Assembly: GCA_964601715.1 (NCBI GenBank)
Contig: CAZROM010000003.1
Coordinates: 36,533 to 95,733, forward strand
Origin: an uncultured Candidatus Peribacteria bacterium
GTDB lineage: Bacteria > Patescibacteriota > Gracilibacteria > UBA1369 > 2-02-FULL-48-14
Direction of reading: 5' to 3'
Length of the DNA stretch: 59,201 nucleotides
The first letter of the stretch is position 1. Each line of letters opens with the position of its first letter. Below, piece after piece: positions 18,361 to 27,850 of the stretch. The translations under genes were made by a program, and so were the position numbers. The notes under the pieces are model-generated. The model worked only from the letters and a program-made list of their open reading frames with translations, was not told the origin of the DNA and did not search any database.

Positions 18361-18870
18361 TTAGGATTTTTTAGCGAGTTTAACAGACATTAGTAGCGTG
18401 AAGAGCCACACTGCGAATAGTATGTATTGCACTAAGAAATAGAAAACGTTTGGTGCCTCTGCGCCGACTTGGGGACGCATGAAGGGGCCTTCATCAGAAT
18501 CGGTGCCACCCCAGTAGTCTCTCGGATCCCCTTTGATTGGTTTTAAATCGGCTTTCCAAAAAATGGAATCGGCGCGTTCCACAATGGCGCAATCGCTGTA
18601 CTCGCCCGTTTCTTCGTTGAGGATCACTTGGTAGTGGTATTCGAGGGCTTGAAAGGGGCTGAAGTAGCCAGGACGAAGACTTTCTTGCTCGCAGAGCAAA
18701 AGTTCGTTCAAGTCCACAGGTGCGTCAGTTTGAACCATCAGCGGACTCAATAGGTCACGAACAGCACCGTTTGAACGGCCTTCGTAGACACCAAGGTGCA
18801 GCCCCACCATGAGGAGGAGCAATAGATTGGAAAGAAGTACGATGGCGCGATTTTTGAGGAATTTTTTCAT
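18361..18870 (-). CDS. Hypothetical membrane protein
   Basis: Start placed at the ATG at 18870 (MKKFLKNRAIVLLSNLLLLLMVGL). The longer ORF would overlap the secA 3' end. A second TM lies at the C-terminus. Confidence 0.6.
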   Translation of the reverse strand: MKKFLKNRAIVLLSNLLLLLMVGLHLGVYEGRSNGAVRDLLSPLMVQTDAPVDLNELLLCEQESLRPGYFSPFQALEYHYQVILNEETGEYSDCAIVERADSIFWKADLKPIKGDPRDYWGGTDSDEGPFMRPQVGAEAPNVFYFLVQYILFAVWLFTLLMSVKLAKKS

Positions 18871-18880
18871 GAGGAAGTGT

Positions 18881-21550
18881 TTAAGCTCCGTGGCATTTCT
18901 TGTATTTTTTGCCACTGCCACAAGGGCAAACGTCGTTGCGTCCTGCATCCGCAAATTTTGGAGTGTCTTTGTGGGTGGGTGCAATGAGGTCGGAGTCTGA
19001 AACGATGGGTTGGCCGGTCTTTGCAGAAATCACACGCACGCTGGGTTCGCTCACGGGCATTTCGATGGCGGTGCGCTGCACAGGCGTGACAAGAGAGGAT
19101 TCCTCCAAATTCTTTTCGATTTGTTCTTCGTTGGTTTTTTGAACTTCGGCGGGAGTTGGTTTTTGAACCAACTGCACATTGATCTTCACGTGGAAGAGGC
19201 TGGTCAAAGTCGTGCGATCGATTTTCTCCATCAGCTCTTCAAAGAGGAGGAAGGATTGATTCTTGTATTCGACAAGTGGATCGCGTTGTCCGTATCCACT
19301 GAGCGAAACCGCTTCGCGCAAATCTTTGAGTTCGTCGATGTGACGCATCCAGAGCATGTCTACTGTGCGAAGGAAAATCGCACGTTCGGCGCGACGCAAA
19401 ATGCTGGCGTCGGGAAGAGCTTTTTCTTTTTCTAAATACTCGGCCTCCAAATATTTTTTGAGCGTATCGATGCGTTCCTCTTGCGTCATGGGGGAGAGGG
19501 TTTCGAGCGCAATGGGATTCACTGGGCTGCGGTGCAAGGCATTGATCGTTTCCCAGGTTTCTTTGACGTTGTCGGGATGAGAAAGTACGATTTTTTCGAC
19601 TTCATTTTCCATGAGCAGCAGGGCTTCGTTTTTGAGACTTTCGCTTTCTAAAATCGCTCGGCGTTTCTTGTAGATGATGTCGCGATGGGTGTTCATCACG
19701 GTGTCGTATTCCACGAGGTGCTTTCGCATGTCGAAGTTGTGTCCTTCTACTTTGCTTTGGGCACTTTCGAGGGAACGGCTGATGATTTTGTTTTCAATCG
19801 GCATGTCTTCGGGGAGGCCCATGCGTTCCATGAGGCTCTTCATTCGATCTCCGCCGAAAATGCGCATGAGGTCGTCTTCCATGGACACGTAGAATTGACT
19901 CATTCCAGGATCTCCTTGGCGTCCAGCACGTCCACGGAGCTGATTGTCGATGCGGCGTGATTCGTGACGTTCGCTACCGATGATCACAAGACCACCGAGT
20001 TCTGCAACGCCTTCACCGAGTTTGATGTCGGTTCCACGACCGGCCATGTTGGTGGCGATGGTCACGGCTCCACGTTGCCCTGCATTGGCGACGATTTCCG
20101 CTTCTTTTTCGTGGTACTTGGCGTTGAGCACGCTGTGCGAAACGCCTTCCTTTTGCAAAATTTCAGAGAGTTTTTCAGATTTTTCCACCGAAATGGTTCC
20201 CACAAGCACGGGTTGTCCTTTTTCGTTGAGCTCCTTCACTTTTTGAGCGATGGCAGCAAATTTTCCTTTTTCGGATTTGTAAATTGCATCCGATTTGTCC
20301 ACACGTTGCACGGGTTTGTTCGTAGGGATTTGGACCACTTGCAGTCCATAAATCGCTCCAAATTCTTCTTCCTCCGTCTTCGCCGTTCCTGTCATTCCCG
20401 CGAGTTTTTGGAACATGCGGAAGTAATTTTGGAAGGTGATGGTGGCCAAGGTTTTGCTTTCGCGTTTGATGGGCATGCCTTCTTTGGCTTCGATGGCTTG
20501 GTGCAAGCCTTGTCCATAACGGCGGCCTGTCATGAGACGTCCGGTGAATTCATCCACGATCACGATTTCGTCGTTGCGAACCATGTAATCCACATCTTTT
20601 TTGTAGACGGCGTTGGCGCGCAGCGCTTGTTCGATGTGATGCACTTCTTCAAAACCTTTTTCGGTGTAAATGTTTTCTACGCCGAGCATCTCTTCCATCT
20701 TTTTGATTCCTTCTTCTGTCAGGGTGGCGACACGTTGTTTCTCGTCCACGTTGTAGTGCACGTTCGCTTCCAACATTTTCACTAATTTGGAGTAGCTGAT
20801 GTACTTTTCGGTGGATTCTTCGGCAGGGGCAGAAATGATGAGAGGGGTGCGGGCTTCATCCACAAGAATGCTGTCCACTTCGTCCACAATGGCGTAGTAC
20901 AAATCGCGTTGAACAAGGGCTTCTTTGCTCGGAGCCATGTTGTCGCGCAAATAGTCGAAGCCATATTCGTTGTTGGTTCCGTAAGTGATGTCGGCTGCGT
21001 AGGCGGCTTTTTTTGCATCACGGGGTTGGTCGTGAGTGACCACGCCAATGCTCATGCCAAGGAATTTGTAGAGGCCTCCAATCCATTCCGCATCACGTTG
21101 GGCGAGGTAGTCGTTCACGGTGATGACATGCACTCCTTTTCCGGCGAGCGCATTCAAGTACACAGGCAAGGAACACACGAGAGTTTTACCTTCTCCTGTT
21201 CGCATTTCGGCGATTTTTCCTTCGTGGAGCACCATTCCTCCGATGAGCTGCACGTCGTAGTGCACCATGTCCCAGGTTTGTTCTATGCCACGCACCATCC
21301 ATGATTTGCCCACGAGACGGCGAGCCGCGTTTTTGACCAAGGCAAAGGCTTCGGGCAAGAGGGAATCCACACTTTCGCCAGCGGCGATTCGGTCGCGGAA
21401 TTCTTGAGTTTTTAAAGGAACTTGTTCGTCGGTCAGTTCAGTTTGGTAGCGTTCTTCGATTTTGTTGATTTCTTCTACGACCTTGCGCATGCGCTTAATG
21501 GCTTTCTGTTCGGGATCTCCGATGATGGCAGTGATGAGTTTATTGAGCAT
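18881..21550 (-). CDS. secA: Preprotein translocase ATPase SecA
   Basis: MLNKLITAIIGDPEQKAIKR start at 21550. DEVDSILVDEARTPLIIS, TNMAGRGTDIKLG, and a C-terminal zinc motif CPCGSGKKYKKCHG. Confidence 0.96.
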   Translation of the reverse strand: MLNKLITAIIGDPEQKAIKRMRKVVEEINKIEERYQTELTDEQVPLKTQEFRDRIAAGESVDSLLPEAFALVKNAARRLVGKSWMVRGIEQTWDMVHYDVQLIGGMVLHEGKIAEMRTGEGKTLVCSLPVYLNALAGKGVHVITVNDYLAQRDAEWIGGLYKFLGMSIGVVTHDQPRDAKKAAYAADITYGTNNEYGFDYLRDNMAPSKEALVQRDLYYAIVDEVDSILVDEARTPLIISAPAEESTEKYISYSKLVKMLEANVHYNVDEKQRVATLTEEGIKKMEEMLGVENIYTEKGFEEVHHIEQALRANAVYKKDVDYMVRNDEIVIVDEFTGRLMTGRRYGQGLHQAIEAKEGMPIKRESKTLATITFQNYFRMFQKLAGMTGTAKTEEEEFGAIYGLQVVQIPTNKPVQRVDKSDAIYKSEKGKFAAIAQKVKELNEKGQPVLVGTISVEKSEKLSEILQKEGVSHSVLNAKYHEKEAEIVANAGQRGAVTIATNMAGRGTDIKLGEGVAELGGLVIIGSERHESRRIDNQLRGRAGRQGDPGMSQFYVSMEDDLMRIFGGDRMKSLMERMGLPEDMPIENKIISRSLESAQSKVEGHNFDMRKHLVEYDTVMNTHRDIIYKKRRAILESESLKNEALLLMENEVEKIVLSHPDNVKETWETINALHRSPVNPIALETLSPMTQEERIDTLKKYLEAEYLEKEKALPDASILRRAERAIFLRTVDMLWMRHIDELKDLREAVSLSGYGQRDPLVEYKNQSFLLFEELMEKIDRTTLTSLFHVKINVQLVQKPTPAEVQKTNEEQIEKNLEESSLVTPVQRTAIEMPVSEPSVRVISAKTGQPIVSDSDLIAPTHKDTPKFADAGRNDVCPCGSGKKYKKCHGA

Positions 21551-21606
21551 AGTTTTTTGTGTGCTGGGAGTGTAGCACACCGAAGACGGGGTGTCTCCCT
21601 GAATTC

Positions 21607-22884
21607 TTAGGGGAAGAACAGGTCTTTTGTCCAATATGTTTTGATGTTTTCAATCAGAGGAGCGTAATCGGTAGCGAGGGTGTCGGTTTCCTCCTCGTTT
21701 AAGAGTTCATTTTGGAAAGAGTAACACAGCAGCTCTTCTTTGAAGGATTCGTCGAGAGAAGGAGAAATAAGCTCATGAGGATGTTCAAAGCTGAAGAGCT
21801 TAAAGCCGTAGGAGTCAGGATCGAAGATCCGATCTTTTCCTGAAACGGGTAGCACTTCTTCTTCAAGGTATTTGGTCTGCTCCATGAGTGTTTCGTCTCT
21901 GTAGTCGTTGATCTCGAGGAGCTGGTAACTGCCATTGAAGACAAATTCTCGAATGGACATTTCGCTTGTCGTGGGCACGCCGTTTTCGTCGATGTTGTAG
22001 GGCTGAGGTGGCATGCGGAAGACATGGCGTTCTTCTTCAGTGTCTTCATTTTGGACGGTGTGAGTGTAATTGTTTTGTTCGGATAAAAGGTCGAAGAGCA
22101 GTTTCGCTTGTTCAGGTGAAGTCGTCGCAGTGTCGATCGCTGCCCATAAGTCTAGCTCGGGGCTGGGCTCATTGGGCTGTTCGTTAGCCGTCTTTTTTTT
22201 GCGGTGATTTTGTCCGCCAATGTAGATGAGGTCACCGGTGCTGCCGCTGTGTGTGAAGGTGTAACGGTGTTTTTCTTGAGAAAAGGTGTTGAAGGCTTCA
22301 AGAGCATTGGGACTTGCCTCGAAGGCTTCTGTGGAGTGAACTATCCATTCCTCGTTTTCGTAAACCAGCTGTTGTACGCAGTAGGGTGCTTCGTTCACAG
22401 GCTGTCGGTTGGTGGCATACATGCTTGGATCTCCGTACATATAGGTGTTGCCAAAATCGTCGGTGATCACTAGGTTGCCGTCTTGAACCGCTTCGTAGAG
22501 GTCGCCCTCGATATTGGTGGTTTGCGAAAGGTAGTTCCCCTTATAGTTCCAAGTTTCCCAAGTGTAGGTGGTGTCGCTGTCATCGCCCTTTGGGTGACGC
22601 ATGTATTTTTCTACCTTTTGATAAAGGATGCCGTCGGGTTGATAAGTTGCGTAGTATTCCTTCGCGTTTGCCACGTAGTCGTCCGTGGGAGCGAAAGGAT
22701 AGAGGAGGCCGCCCACGATCGCGAGCAGGACTAAGACGGATCCATAGAGTGGAGTGAGTCGTTTCATGGTGGGATGAGTTAGGGATTGTTCTTCCCATGA
22801 ACCGGATTCGAGTAGCTTTTTGTGGAGCTTCTCGGTGAACTCGAGTGAAGGAGCTGGAGCTGAATTGTAGAGTTTTCGTTTCAT
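21607..22884 (-). CDS. Putative membrane-anchored anti-sigma factor / hypothetical extracytoplasmic protein
   Basis: Lies immediately downstream of the ECF sigma gene. Short cytoplasmic N-terminus, a single TM (LYGSVLVLLAIVGGLLYPF) and a large external domain. Assigned by context only. Confidence 0.5.
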   Translation of the reverse strand: MKRKLYNSAPAPSLEFTEKLHKKLLESGSWEEQSLTHPTMKRLTPLYGSVLVLLAIVGGLLYPFAPTDDYVANAKEYYATYQPDGILYQKVEKYMRHPKGDDSDTTYTWETWNYKGNYLSQTTNIEGDLYEAVQDGNLVITDDFGNTYMYGDPSMYATNRQPVNEAPYCVQQLVYENEEWIVHSTEAFEASPNALEAFNTFSQEKHRYTFTHSGSTGDLIYIGGQNHRKKKTANEQPNEPSPELDLWAAIDTATTSPEQAKLLFDLLSEQNNYTHTVQNEDTEEERHVFRMPPQPYNIDENGVPTTSEMSIREFVFNGSYQLLEINDYRDETLMEQTKYLEEEVLPVSGKDRIFDPDSYGFKLFSFEHPHELISPSLDESFKEELLCYSFQNELLNEEETDTLATDYAPLIENIKTYWTKDLFFP

Positions 22885-22935
22885 GGGAAGGAGAGTGTGC
22901 ACGTCTCATTGAGAGAGACGCAGAATGAAGAGATT

Positions 22936-23445
22936 TTACTGCATTGTGCGGCGCAGATTTTTGAGCGCTCGACTGAGGTTCGAGGCGACTGTTTTTTCAG
23001 AAAGGGTGAGTAGCACTGCGATTTCTTTGTTGCGAAGTCCAGAAAAATATTTAAGACTCACGACTTCCGATTGTTGAGGTGGCAGTTCACGCACAAGCGC
23101 TCGAACTCGATCTTCTTCGAGAAAACTTTTGTTGAGAGGAGTTGGGTCTTCAAGCTCTATTTCGTCGAGGGGGACTGTGTTTTTGTGTTTTCTATAATGA
23201 TCAATCACCAAATTTCGAGCCATAGTGAAGATCCATGCACGGAAGACCTCGGGCTTGGGATTTTCTAAAGTGGGGAGTCGATCGAGGATTTTCATCCAAA
23301 GGACACTCGTGAGGTCCTCCGCTTCTTCGGGTTTCACACGAAAAGCGATGAACGCATAGGTTGGCTTGAGATAACGATTGTAGAGCTGAGTGAACGCTTC
23401 AGAATTTGAAGCGGCGGCCCGTATGAGTCGAGATTCGAAGAGCAT
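22936..23445 (-). CDS. ECF-type RNA polymerase sigma-70 factor
   Basis: 169 aa. Region 2 RAWIFTMARNLVIDHYRK. Region 4 HTH LRNKEIAVLLTLSEKTVASNLSRALKNLR. Confidence 0.9.
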   Translation of the reverse strand: MLFESRLIRAAASNSEAFTQLYNRYLKPTYAFIAFRVKPEEAEDLTSVLWMKILDRLPTLENPKPEVFRAWIFTMARNLVIDHYRKHKNTVPLDEIELEDPTPLNKSFLEEDRVRALVRELPPQQSEVVSLKYFSGLRNKEIAVLLTLSEKTVASNLSRALKNLRRTMQ

Positions 23446-23533
23446 GGTGTTTAGTCTTGCTTCTGAAGACGGAGCTCCGCCTCAATTACTGCGTGGGTGG
23501 GGGCGATTTTACTTGACGATGTTTGAAAAAATT

Positions 23534-24976
23534 TTAGTCCGCTGCTTTCCCACCGAAAACGACGAAGATGGTTTTGACCAGAATTTTGAGATCAAGCCAC
23601 AGAGACCAGTGTTTGATGTAATAGCTGTCGAGGCGCACTTCCTCTTCAAAGTCGAGGTCGCTGCGTCCTGAAATTTGGCTGAGGCCGGTGATTCCGGGTT
23701 TGATGGTGAGGAGGAAGTGCGCCGAGTCTTCGTATTTCTCCACTTCTTCAGGCAGGTGAGGGCGAGGTCCCACCAAACTCATATCGCCTTTGAGCACGTT
23801 CCACAGGTTTGGGAGTTCATCCAAACTGCTGCGGCGCAAAAACTTTCCGAAGGGAGTGATGCGAGGGTCATTTTTAATCTTGAGCAGAGGTCCTTTGCGG
23901 TGACTCTTTTCCGCCAATTCCGTGAAGCGCAGATGATGCGTGTTGTGCTGCATGGTGCGGAATTTGTAAAAAGTGAAGCGCTCTCCGCTCTGGCCCACAC
24001 GTTCGGCGGGGCTGCCGTCCTCCAATTTGCTGAAGAACACGGGGCCTTTGGAGTCTTTTTTGATGCCCAGTGCGATTAGGGCGAAAACGGGTGAAAGAAG
24101 CAGCAAAGCGAGGCTGCTGAGCATGACGTCGGAGCTGCGCTTGGTGATGCGTCCCCAGCCATCCAAAGGAGTGGGTTTGAGGTGAATCACAGGGAAGCCT
24201 GCGACGGGTTCAATGTCGATGTTGGAACGTTCCACCTCCAAAATTTCGGGCACAAAACGGTACTCGATGTGGTTTTCTTGGCAGAATTGAAGGATTTGTT
24301 TGTCCTGCAGTTCCGTGAGGTTTTGATCTGTTAAGATGATGGAATCAATGGCTTTGTTTTTTGCGATGCGATGTAGGTCTTTGAGTGAGCCTAATTTTTT
24401 AAGGCCTTCGATTTCACGACTGCGTTCCGAAAGATAGCCTTTTACATTGAAATGAGGATCTTTTTGCAGACTGGTGCTGATGCGGCTGGCTATTTTATTG
24501 GATCCGATCAGCAGCACATTGCGGCGCCCGATGTTGTGTTTTAAAAAAGATCGTTCGATGCGACGGAGCAAAAGCCTAGCCAAAATCACAAAAATCAAAC
24601 TGAAGATGAATCCGTAAATCAAAACCAAACGAGAGAAAAATGTTTCATGCGTGAGGAAGAAATAGCTCATCACGACCAAAAACCAAACCACGGAATGTTT
24701 GGCCACGCGTCTGGATTCTCGAAGTGGACCTTCGGTGTTCTTCATGTCGTAAAGCCCAAAAAAAGCAAAGACCAAGACCAGCAAGCCACCAAATAAAAGA
24801 CTGACTTCGATGTAATCGCTCAAAGGAAGCAGATTGTTTGGAGTGATCACAAAATCCACACCGGGAATGAAGTCGCCTTTGGTGCGGAGCTGATATCCCG
24901 CCAAGATTCCGGCCACGGTCATGGCGAAATCCAAAGGAATGCGGAGCAGGGCGAAAGCGATTTCGGAACGTTTCAT
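23534..24976 (-). CDS. Polyprenyl-phosphate sugar phosphotransferase (WbaP/bacterial sugar transferase family)
   Basis: 480 aa. N-terminal TM bundle. C-terminal DELPNLWNVLKGDMSLVGPRPHLPEEV and LTIKPGITGLSQISGR. Confidence 0.9.
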   Translation of the reverse strand: MKRSEIAFALLRIPLDFAMTVAGILAGYQLRTKGDFIPGVDFVITPNNLLPLSDYIEVSLLFGGLLVLVFAFFGLYDMKNTEGPLRESRRVAKHSVVWFLVVMSYFFLTHETFFSRLVLIYGFIFSLIFVILARLLLRRIERSFLKHNIGRRNVLLIGSNKIASRISTSLQKDPHFNVKGYLSERSREIEGLKKLGSLKDLHRIAKNKAIDSIILTDQNLTELQDKQILQFCQENHIEYRFVPEILEVERSNIDIEPVAGFPVIHLKPTPLDGWGRITKRSSDVMLSSLALLLLSPVFALIALGIKKDSKGPVFFSKLEDGSPAERVGQSGERFTFYKFRTMQHNTHHLRFTELAEKSHRKGPLLKIKNDPRITPFGKFLRRSSLDELPNLWNVLKGDMSLVGPRPHLPEEVEKYEDSAHFLLTIKPGITGLSQISGRSDLDFEEEVRLDSYYIKHWSLWLDLKILVKTIFVVFGGKAAD

Positions 24977-24990
24977 GGTGTCATGCTAAC

Positions 24991-25014
24991 AAAAAAACCT
25001 CCCGTTGAGGAGGT
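24991..25014 (-). terminator. Rho-independent terminator downstream of rnpB
   Basis: The minus strand reads ACCTCC-tcaacg-GGAGGT followed by TTTTTTT (plus-strand A-run at 24991-24997). Confidence 0.7.
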
Positions 25015-25021
25015 CTCTTTG

Positions 25022-25400
25022 ATGGTGCTTCTTATAAGCCGAGTTCTGTATGCAGTCGGGCAAGCCCTTCCACACCGTGACCATCTCTCTGGGCGCTTCA
25101 TTGCTGAAACGCTCGTGCGGTGAGCGATTTGGGGCGACAGGCCGCCGATTCCAAATCTCCAATCTCACCTTGCAAGGGAAAGGGTTTACCGAGCCATCCT
25201 CCTTACGAAGGGGCTCCCCATGCCCGGACCCGAAGGTCCTAGCAGAGGGGGCGTTTAACGTTGCTCGTCTCTGTGGCACTTTCCCTATGCGCTGTTTTTT
25301 AGGTCAACGCACGGCCGCCGTTAGCGGCTTTCCTGCCTGATCTTGCTCGGACTTTCCTCGCTGTTCTGACCGAAGCCAAAGCAGCGCGATCACGCAGAAG
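25022..25400 (-). ncRNA. rnpB: RNase P RNA (bacterial type), ends approximate to +/-15 nt
   Basis: The minus strand contains the universal P4 halves CAGCGAGGAAAGTCCGAGC (plus-strand coordinates ~25344-25362) and ACAGAACTCGGCTTATAAG (~25031-25049). Also GGTAAACCC-type and GNRA-like loops. The region has no credible CDS. Confidence 0.88.
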
Positions 25401-25405
25401 CTTGT

Positions 25406-25747
25406 TTATTGTGCCTCATTTGTGGTTCGTTGGCAACGGGCTCGAATCTCATCCCAAACTAGTTTTACTAAGTCTGGTTTTGCTTTTGCAATCTCTGTTA
25501 AGTCTGTGACATTTTTGAAAACTCGCTTGTCGATTTGTAGAGTCTCTACAGACGTAGGTTGTGTTTCCACTTTTGGAGTTAAACCTAAATCTTTTGCCAC
25601 GCCATAAGGTAGTTGTATCTGACGGCCATCAACAATGAGATCAGGTACGATAAAGTATCGTTCTGTTTCAGGAAAAGATTGTCCTCTTGCAGTTAGATTG
25701 ACGCAAATAGCTTCGGGAGGTTCATGGTATAGTCTTTCTGGACCCAT
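25406..25747 (-). CDS. Hypothetical protein
   Basis: 113-aa ORF, AT-richer, with no motif recognised. Confidence 0.5.
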   Translation of the reverse strand: MGPERLYHEPPEAICVNLTARGQSFPETERYFIVPDLIVDGRQIQLPYGVAKDLGLTPKVETQPTSVETLQIDKRVFKNVTDLTEIAKAKPDLVKLVWDEIRARCQRTTNEAQ

Positions 25748-25759
25748 AGTATTAGGGCT

Positions 25760-25791
25760 AAAAAATAAAAAATCCCCGCTTGGTGCGAGGA
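25760..25791 (-). terminator. Rho-independent terminator (minus strand), 165 nt downstream of the 25958..26248 gene
   Basis: Minus-strand RNA UCCUCGC-ACCAA-GCGGGGA (7 bp including one G.U), followed by UUUUUUAUUUUUU. Confidence 0.6.
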
Positions 25792-25924
25792 GAAGTTTTT
25801 TGGACGTTTTGCTATTTATGCATTGTCCACTTCCACTCGCAAGGCACTCGCCTCAAGAAACTTGGGGCAGGTGAGAGGGCGAATATAAGTAATGGAAAGA
25901 CGCATGAATGTTGAAAACAGTGCT

Positions 25925-25953
25925 ATGTTAGACACGGAAGCTTAATTTGTCAA
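25925..25953 (-). promoter_or_regulatory. Candidate promoter TTGACA-17 nt-TAACAT on the minus strand
   Basis: The reverse complement of 25948-25953 is TTGACA. A 17-nt spacer follows. The reverse complement of 25925-25930 is TAACAT. Confidence 0.35.
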
Positions 25954-25957
25954 ATTT

Positions 25958-26248
25958 TTACCAGATGTCACCTATTACACGCAGGAGTCTTGCCAAAATG
26001 CTATTTCTCCGTGCTTCAACTGCAGCTCTGCGTGCTTCTCGTTCTGCTGTTTCCTTATTTTGCTGCTCAATGATTAACGCAGCCTGCTCTTCGCTTGTGA
26101 GGGGCTGATTGCCTTGTAGTTTTTGACGTGCGGTTTCTTGAAGCGTTCTCAAATTGTTCTCATCTGCTTTTACGGTGGCGATTGTTATTTTCATTCCTGG
26201 GGTGAGTTCTTGTCCCCCTAATGGAAATTTTTTGAATTCTGCAACCAT
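25958..26248 (-). CDS. Hypothetical small protein (charged, helical C-terminus)
   Basis: 96-aa ORF with an EQQNKETAEREARRAAVEARR coiled segment. No family assigned. Confidence 0.5.
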   Translation of the reverse strand: MVAEFKKFPLGGQELTPGMKITIATVKADENNLRTLQETARQKLQGNQPLTSEEQAALIIEQQNKETAEREARRAAVEARRNSILARLLRVIGDIW

Positions 26249-26296
26249 ATAAAATTTTTTTTCTTGTTCTATTCCACCGGACTCACTTTAGCAATG

Positions 26297-26887
26297 CTAT
26301 TTGCTCTCTTTGAGCTTCTTGAATTCGCGTTGGAAGAATTTGGCGGTTTCGAGGCAGTCTTTTGCCTTTTCGTTTTCAGGTTCAATGTGGAGGGCCTCCT
26401 CGAGAAGACTGATGGTGGTGTCGAATTGGCGGTCGTTGAGGTAGCACACGGCCAAATCACAGAGGATGAGGGTGTCTTTGGGAGCCATGGCTCGGGCTCT
26501 TTCTAAGATCACGAGGCCACGTTTGCGGTCCCCAGCATGGAAAATGGACCAACCGAGGCAGCGCAAGATTTCTGGATGATGAGCCTGAACACGATTGGCG
26601 AGTTCCAAGGTTTCGATGGATTTTTCAAAGTCTCCGGTGGAGGAGTACAAAAAGCCCAACAAATAGAGGGCATTTGGGCTGCGAGGGCGCAATTTGAGCG
26701 CATGTTTGAGCGCTTTCATGGCCTTGTCGTATTCTCGAAGGCTGAGGTAATTGTCTCCGACTTCTTCATAAGCTTCGGCGTAGTCCAAGTCCGACATGAT
26801 CATCTTGTTGGCTAGGGCGATGGCTTCTTGATGACGTCCCTTCAATTTGAGGGCGTCCGCTTCCTTTAAAAGGTCGTCGAGGGACAT
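26297..26887 (-). CDS. Tetratricopeptide-repeat protein
   Basis: 196 aa with successive 34-residue TPR-like units (AIALANKMI...AEAYEEVGDNYLSLREYDKAMKALKHALKLRPRSPNALYLLGFLY...). Confidence 0.8.
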   Translation of the reverse strand: MSLDDLLKEADALKLKGRHQEAIALANKMIMSDLDYAEAYEEVGDNYLSLREYDKAMKALKHALKLRPRSPNALYLLGFLYSSTGDFEKSIETLELANRVQAHHPEILRCLGWSIFHAGDRKRGLVILERARAMAPKDTLILCDLAVCYLNDRQFDTTISLLEEALHIEPENEKAKDCLETAKFFQREFKKLKESK

Positions 26888-26923
26888 ATTTGTTTTTGTT
26901 TTTGATGTATCTAGTTATTATAG

Positions 26924-26951
26924 CAAAAAAAAGCCTCCTGAACAAGGAGGC
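26924..26951 (-). terminator. Rho-independent terminator downstream of galU
   Basis: The minus strand reads GCCTCC-ttgttca-GGAGGC followed by TTTTTTTT. It lies 16 nt past the galU stop. Confidence 0.7.
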
Positions 26952-26966
26952 AGAGCTTGGCAATTC

Positions 26967-27839
26967 CTAGGAATTATTCTTGTGTATCATTTGGTCCAGA
27001 TGGTCTCTCATTTCTGGATCCTTGAGGGCGAAGGCCACATTTGCCTCCAAAAGGCCCCATTGGTTGCCGGTGTCGTAGCGAGTTCCTTCCACTTCTAGGG
27101 CGTCGATTTTGCCTCCGTTTTCGAGATGCGTGCGGAGTCCGTCGATGAGGCGGATTTCACCGTCGGGGTGGCTGGATTCACTTTCGGCGAGGTGTTTGAG
27201 CACATCAGGCGTGCAGATGTATTTGCCGATGATGCCATAATTGGAAGGCGCATCTTTAGGGGCTGGCTTTTCAACAAGTGCATTGACCTCAATGTGGCGA
27301 CCTTCTTGGTTTTGAATCTGAATAACGCCGTAGTTGGAGATGGCTTCGGGGCTGACTTTTTCCACACACAGCACGGGATTTCCGGTTTTTTCATACACAT
27401 CAAGCAACTGACGCAGGGCGGGACGAGGTCCATCCACAATGTCGTCGCCGAACAAAACTGCAAAAGGTTCTTCACCGATCACGTCTTTGGCGCACAAAAT
27501 CGCATGACCGTCGCCATGAGCATTTTCTTGACGCACATAAGCAAAACGAGCCTTTCTTTCGATGCGTTCCATGGCTTCCAGCAGATCCAGTTTGTCGCGC
27601 TTTCGCAATTCGTGCTCCAGTTCATAGCTGTGGTCGAAATGTTCCTCAATGGCGCGCTTTCCCATTCCTGTTACAATCACGATTTCTTGAATTCCTGAGT
27701 CGAGCGCTTCTTCAACAAGGTATTGGATGACGGGCTTGTCTAAAATCGGCAACATGGCTTTGGGAATGGCTTTGGTCATGGGCAAAAAACGAGTTCCAAG
27801 GCCGGCAGCCAAAATAACGACTTTTTTGATCGGTTTCAC
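26967..27839 (-). CDS. galU: UTP--glucose-1-phosphate uridylyltransferase
   Basis: KKVVILAAGLGTRFLPMTKAIPKAMLPILDKPVIQY and VEKP. 290 aa. Confidence 0.93.
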   Translation of the reverse strand: MKPIKKVVILAAGLGTRFLPMTKAIPKAMLPILDKPVIQYLVEEALDSGIQEIVIVTGMGKRAIEEHFDHSYELEHELRKRDKLDLLEAMERIERKARFAYVRQENAHGDGHAILCAKDVIGEEPFAVLFGDDIVDGPRPALRQLLDVYEKTGNPVLCVEKVSPEAISNYGVIQIQNQEGRHIEVNALVEKPAPKDAPSNYGIIGKYICTPDVLKHLAESESSHPDGEIRLIDGLRTHLENGGKIDALEVEGTRYDTGNQWGLLEANVAFALKDPEMRDHLDQMIHKNNS

Positions 27840-27850
27840 TAGGCAGGGTG

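Noticed and set aside
24986-25340. Two ORFs of about 96 aa (24986..25279 minus, 25050..25340 plus)
   Set aside because: They cover the RNase P RNA gene, which carries the GAGGAAAGTCCGAGC and ACAGAACTCGGCTTATAAG signatures. The region is structural RNA, not coding.
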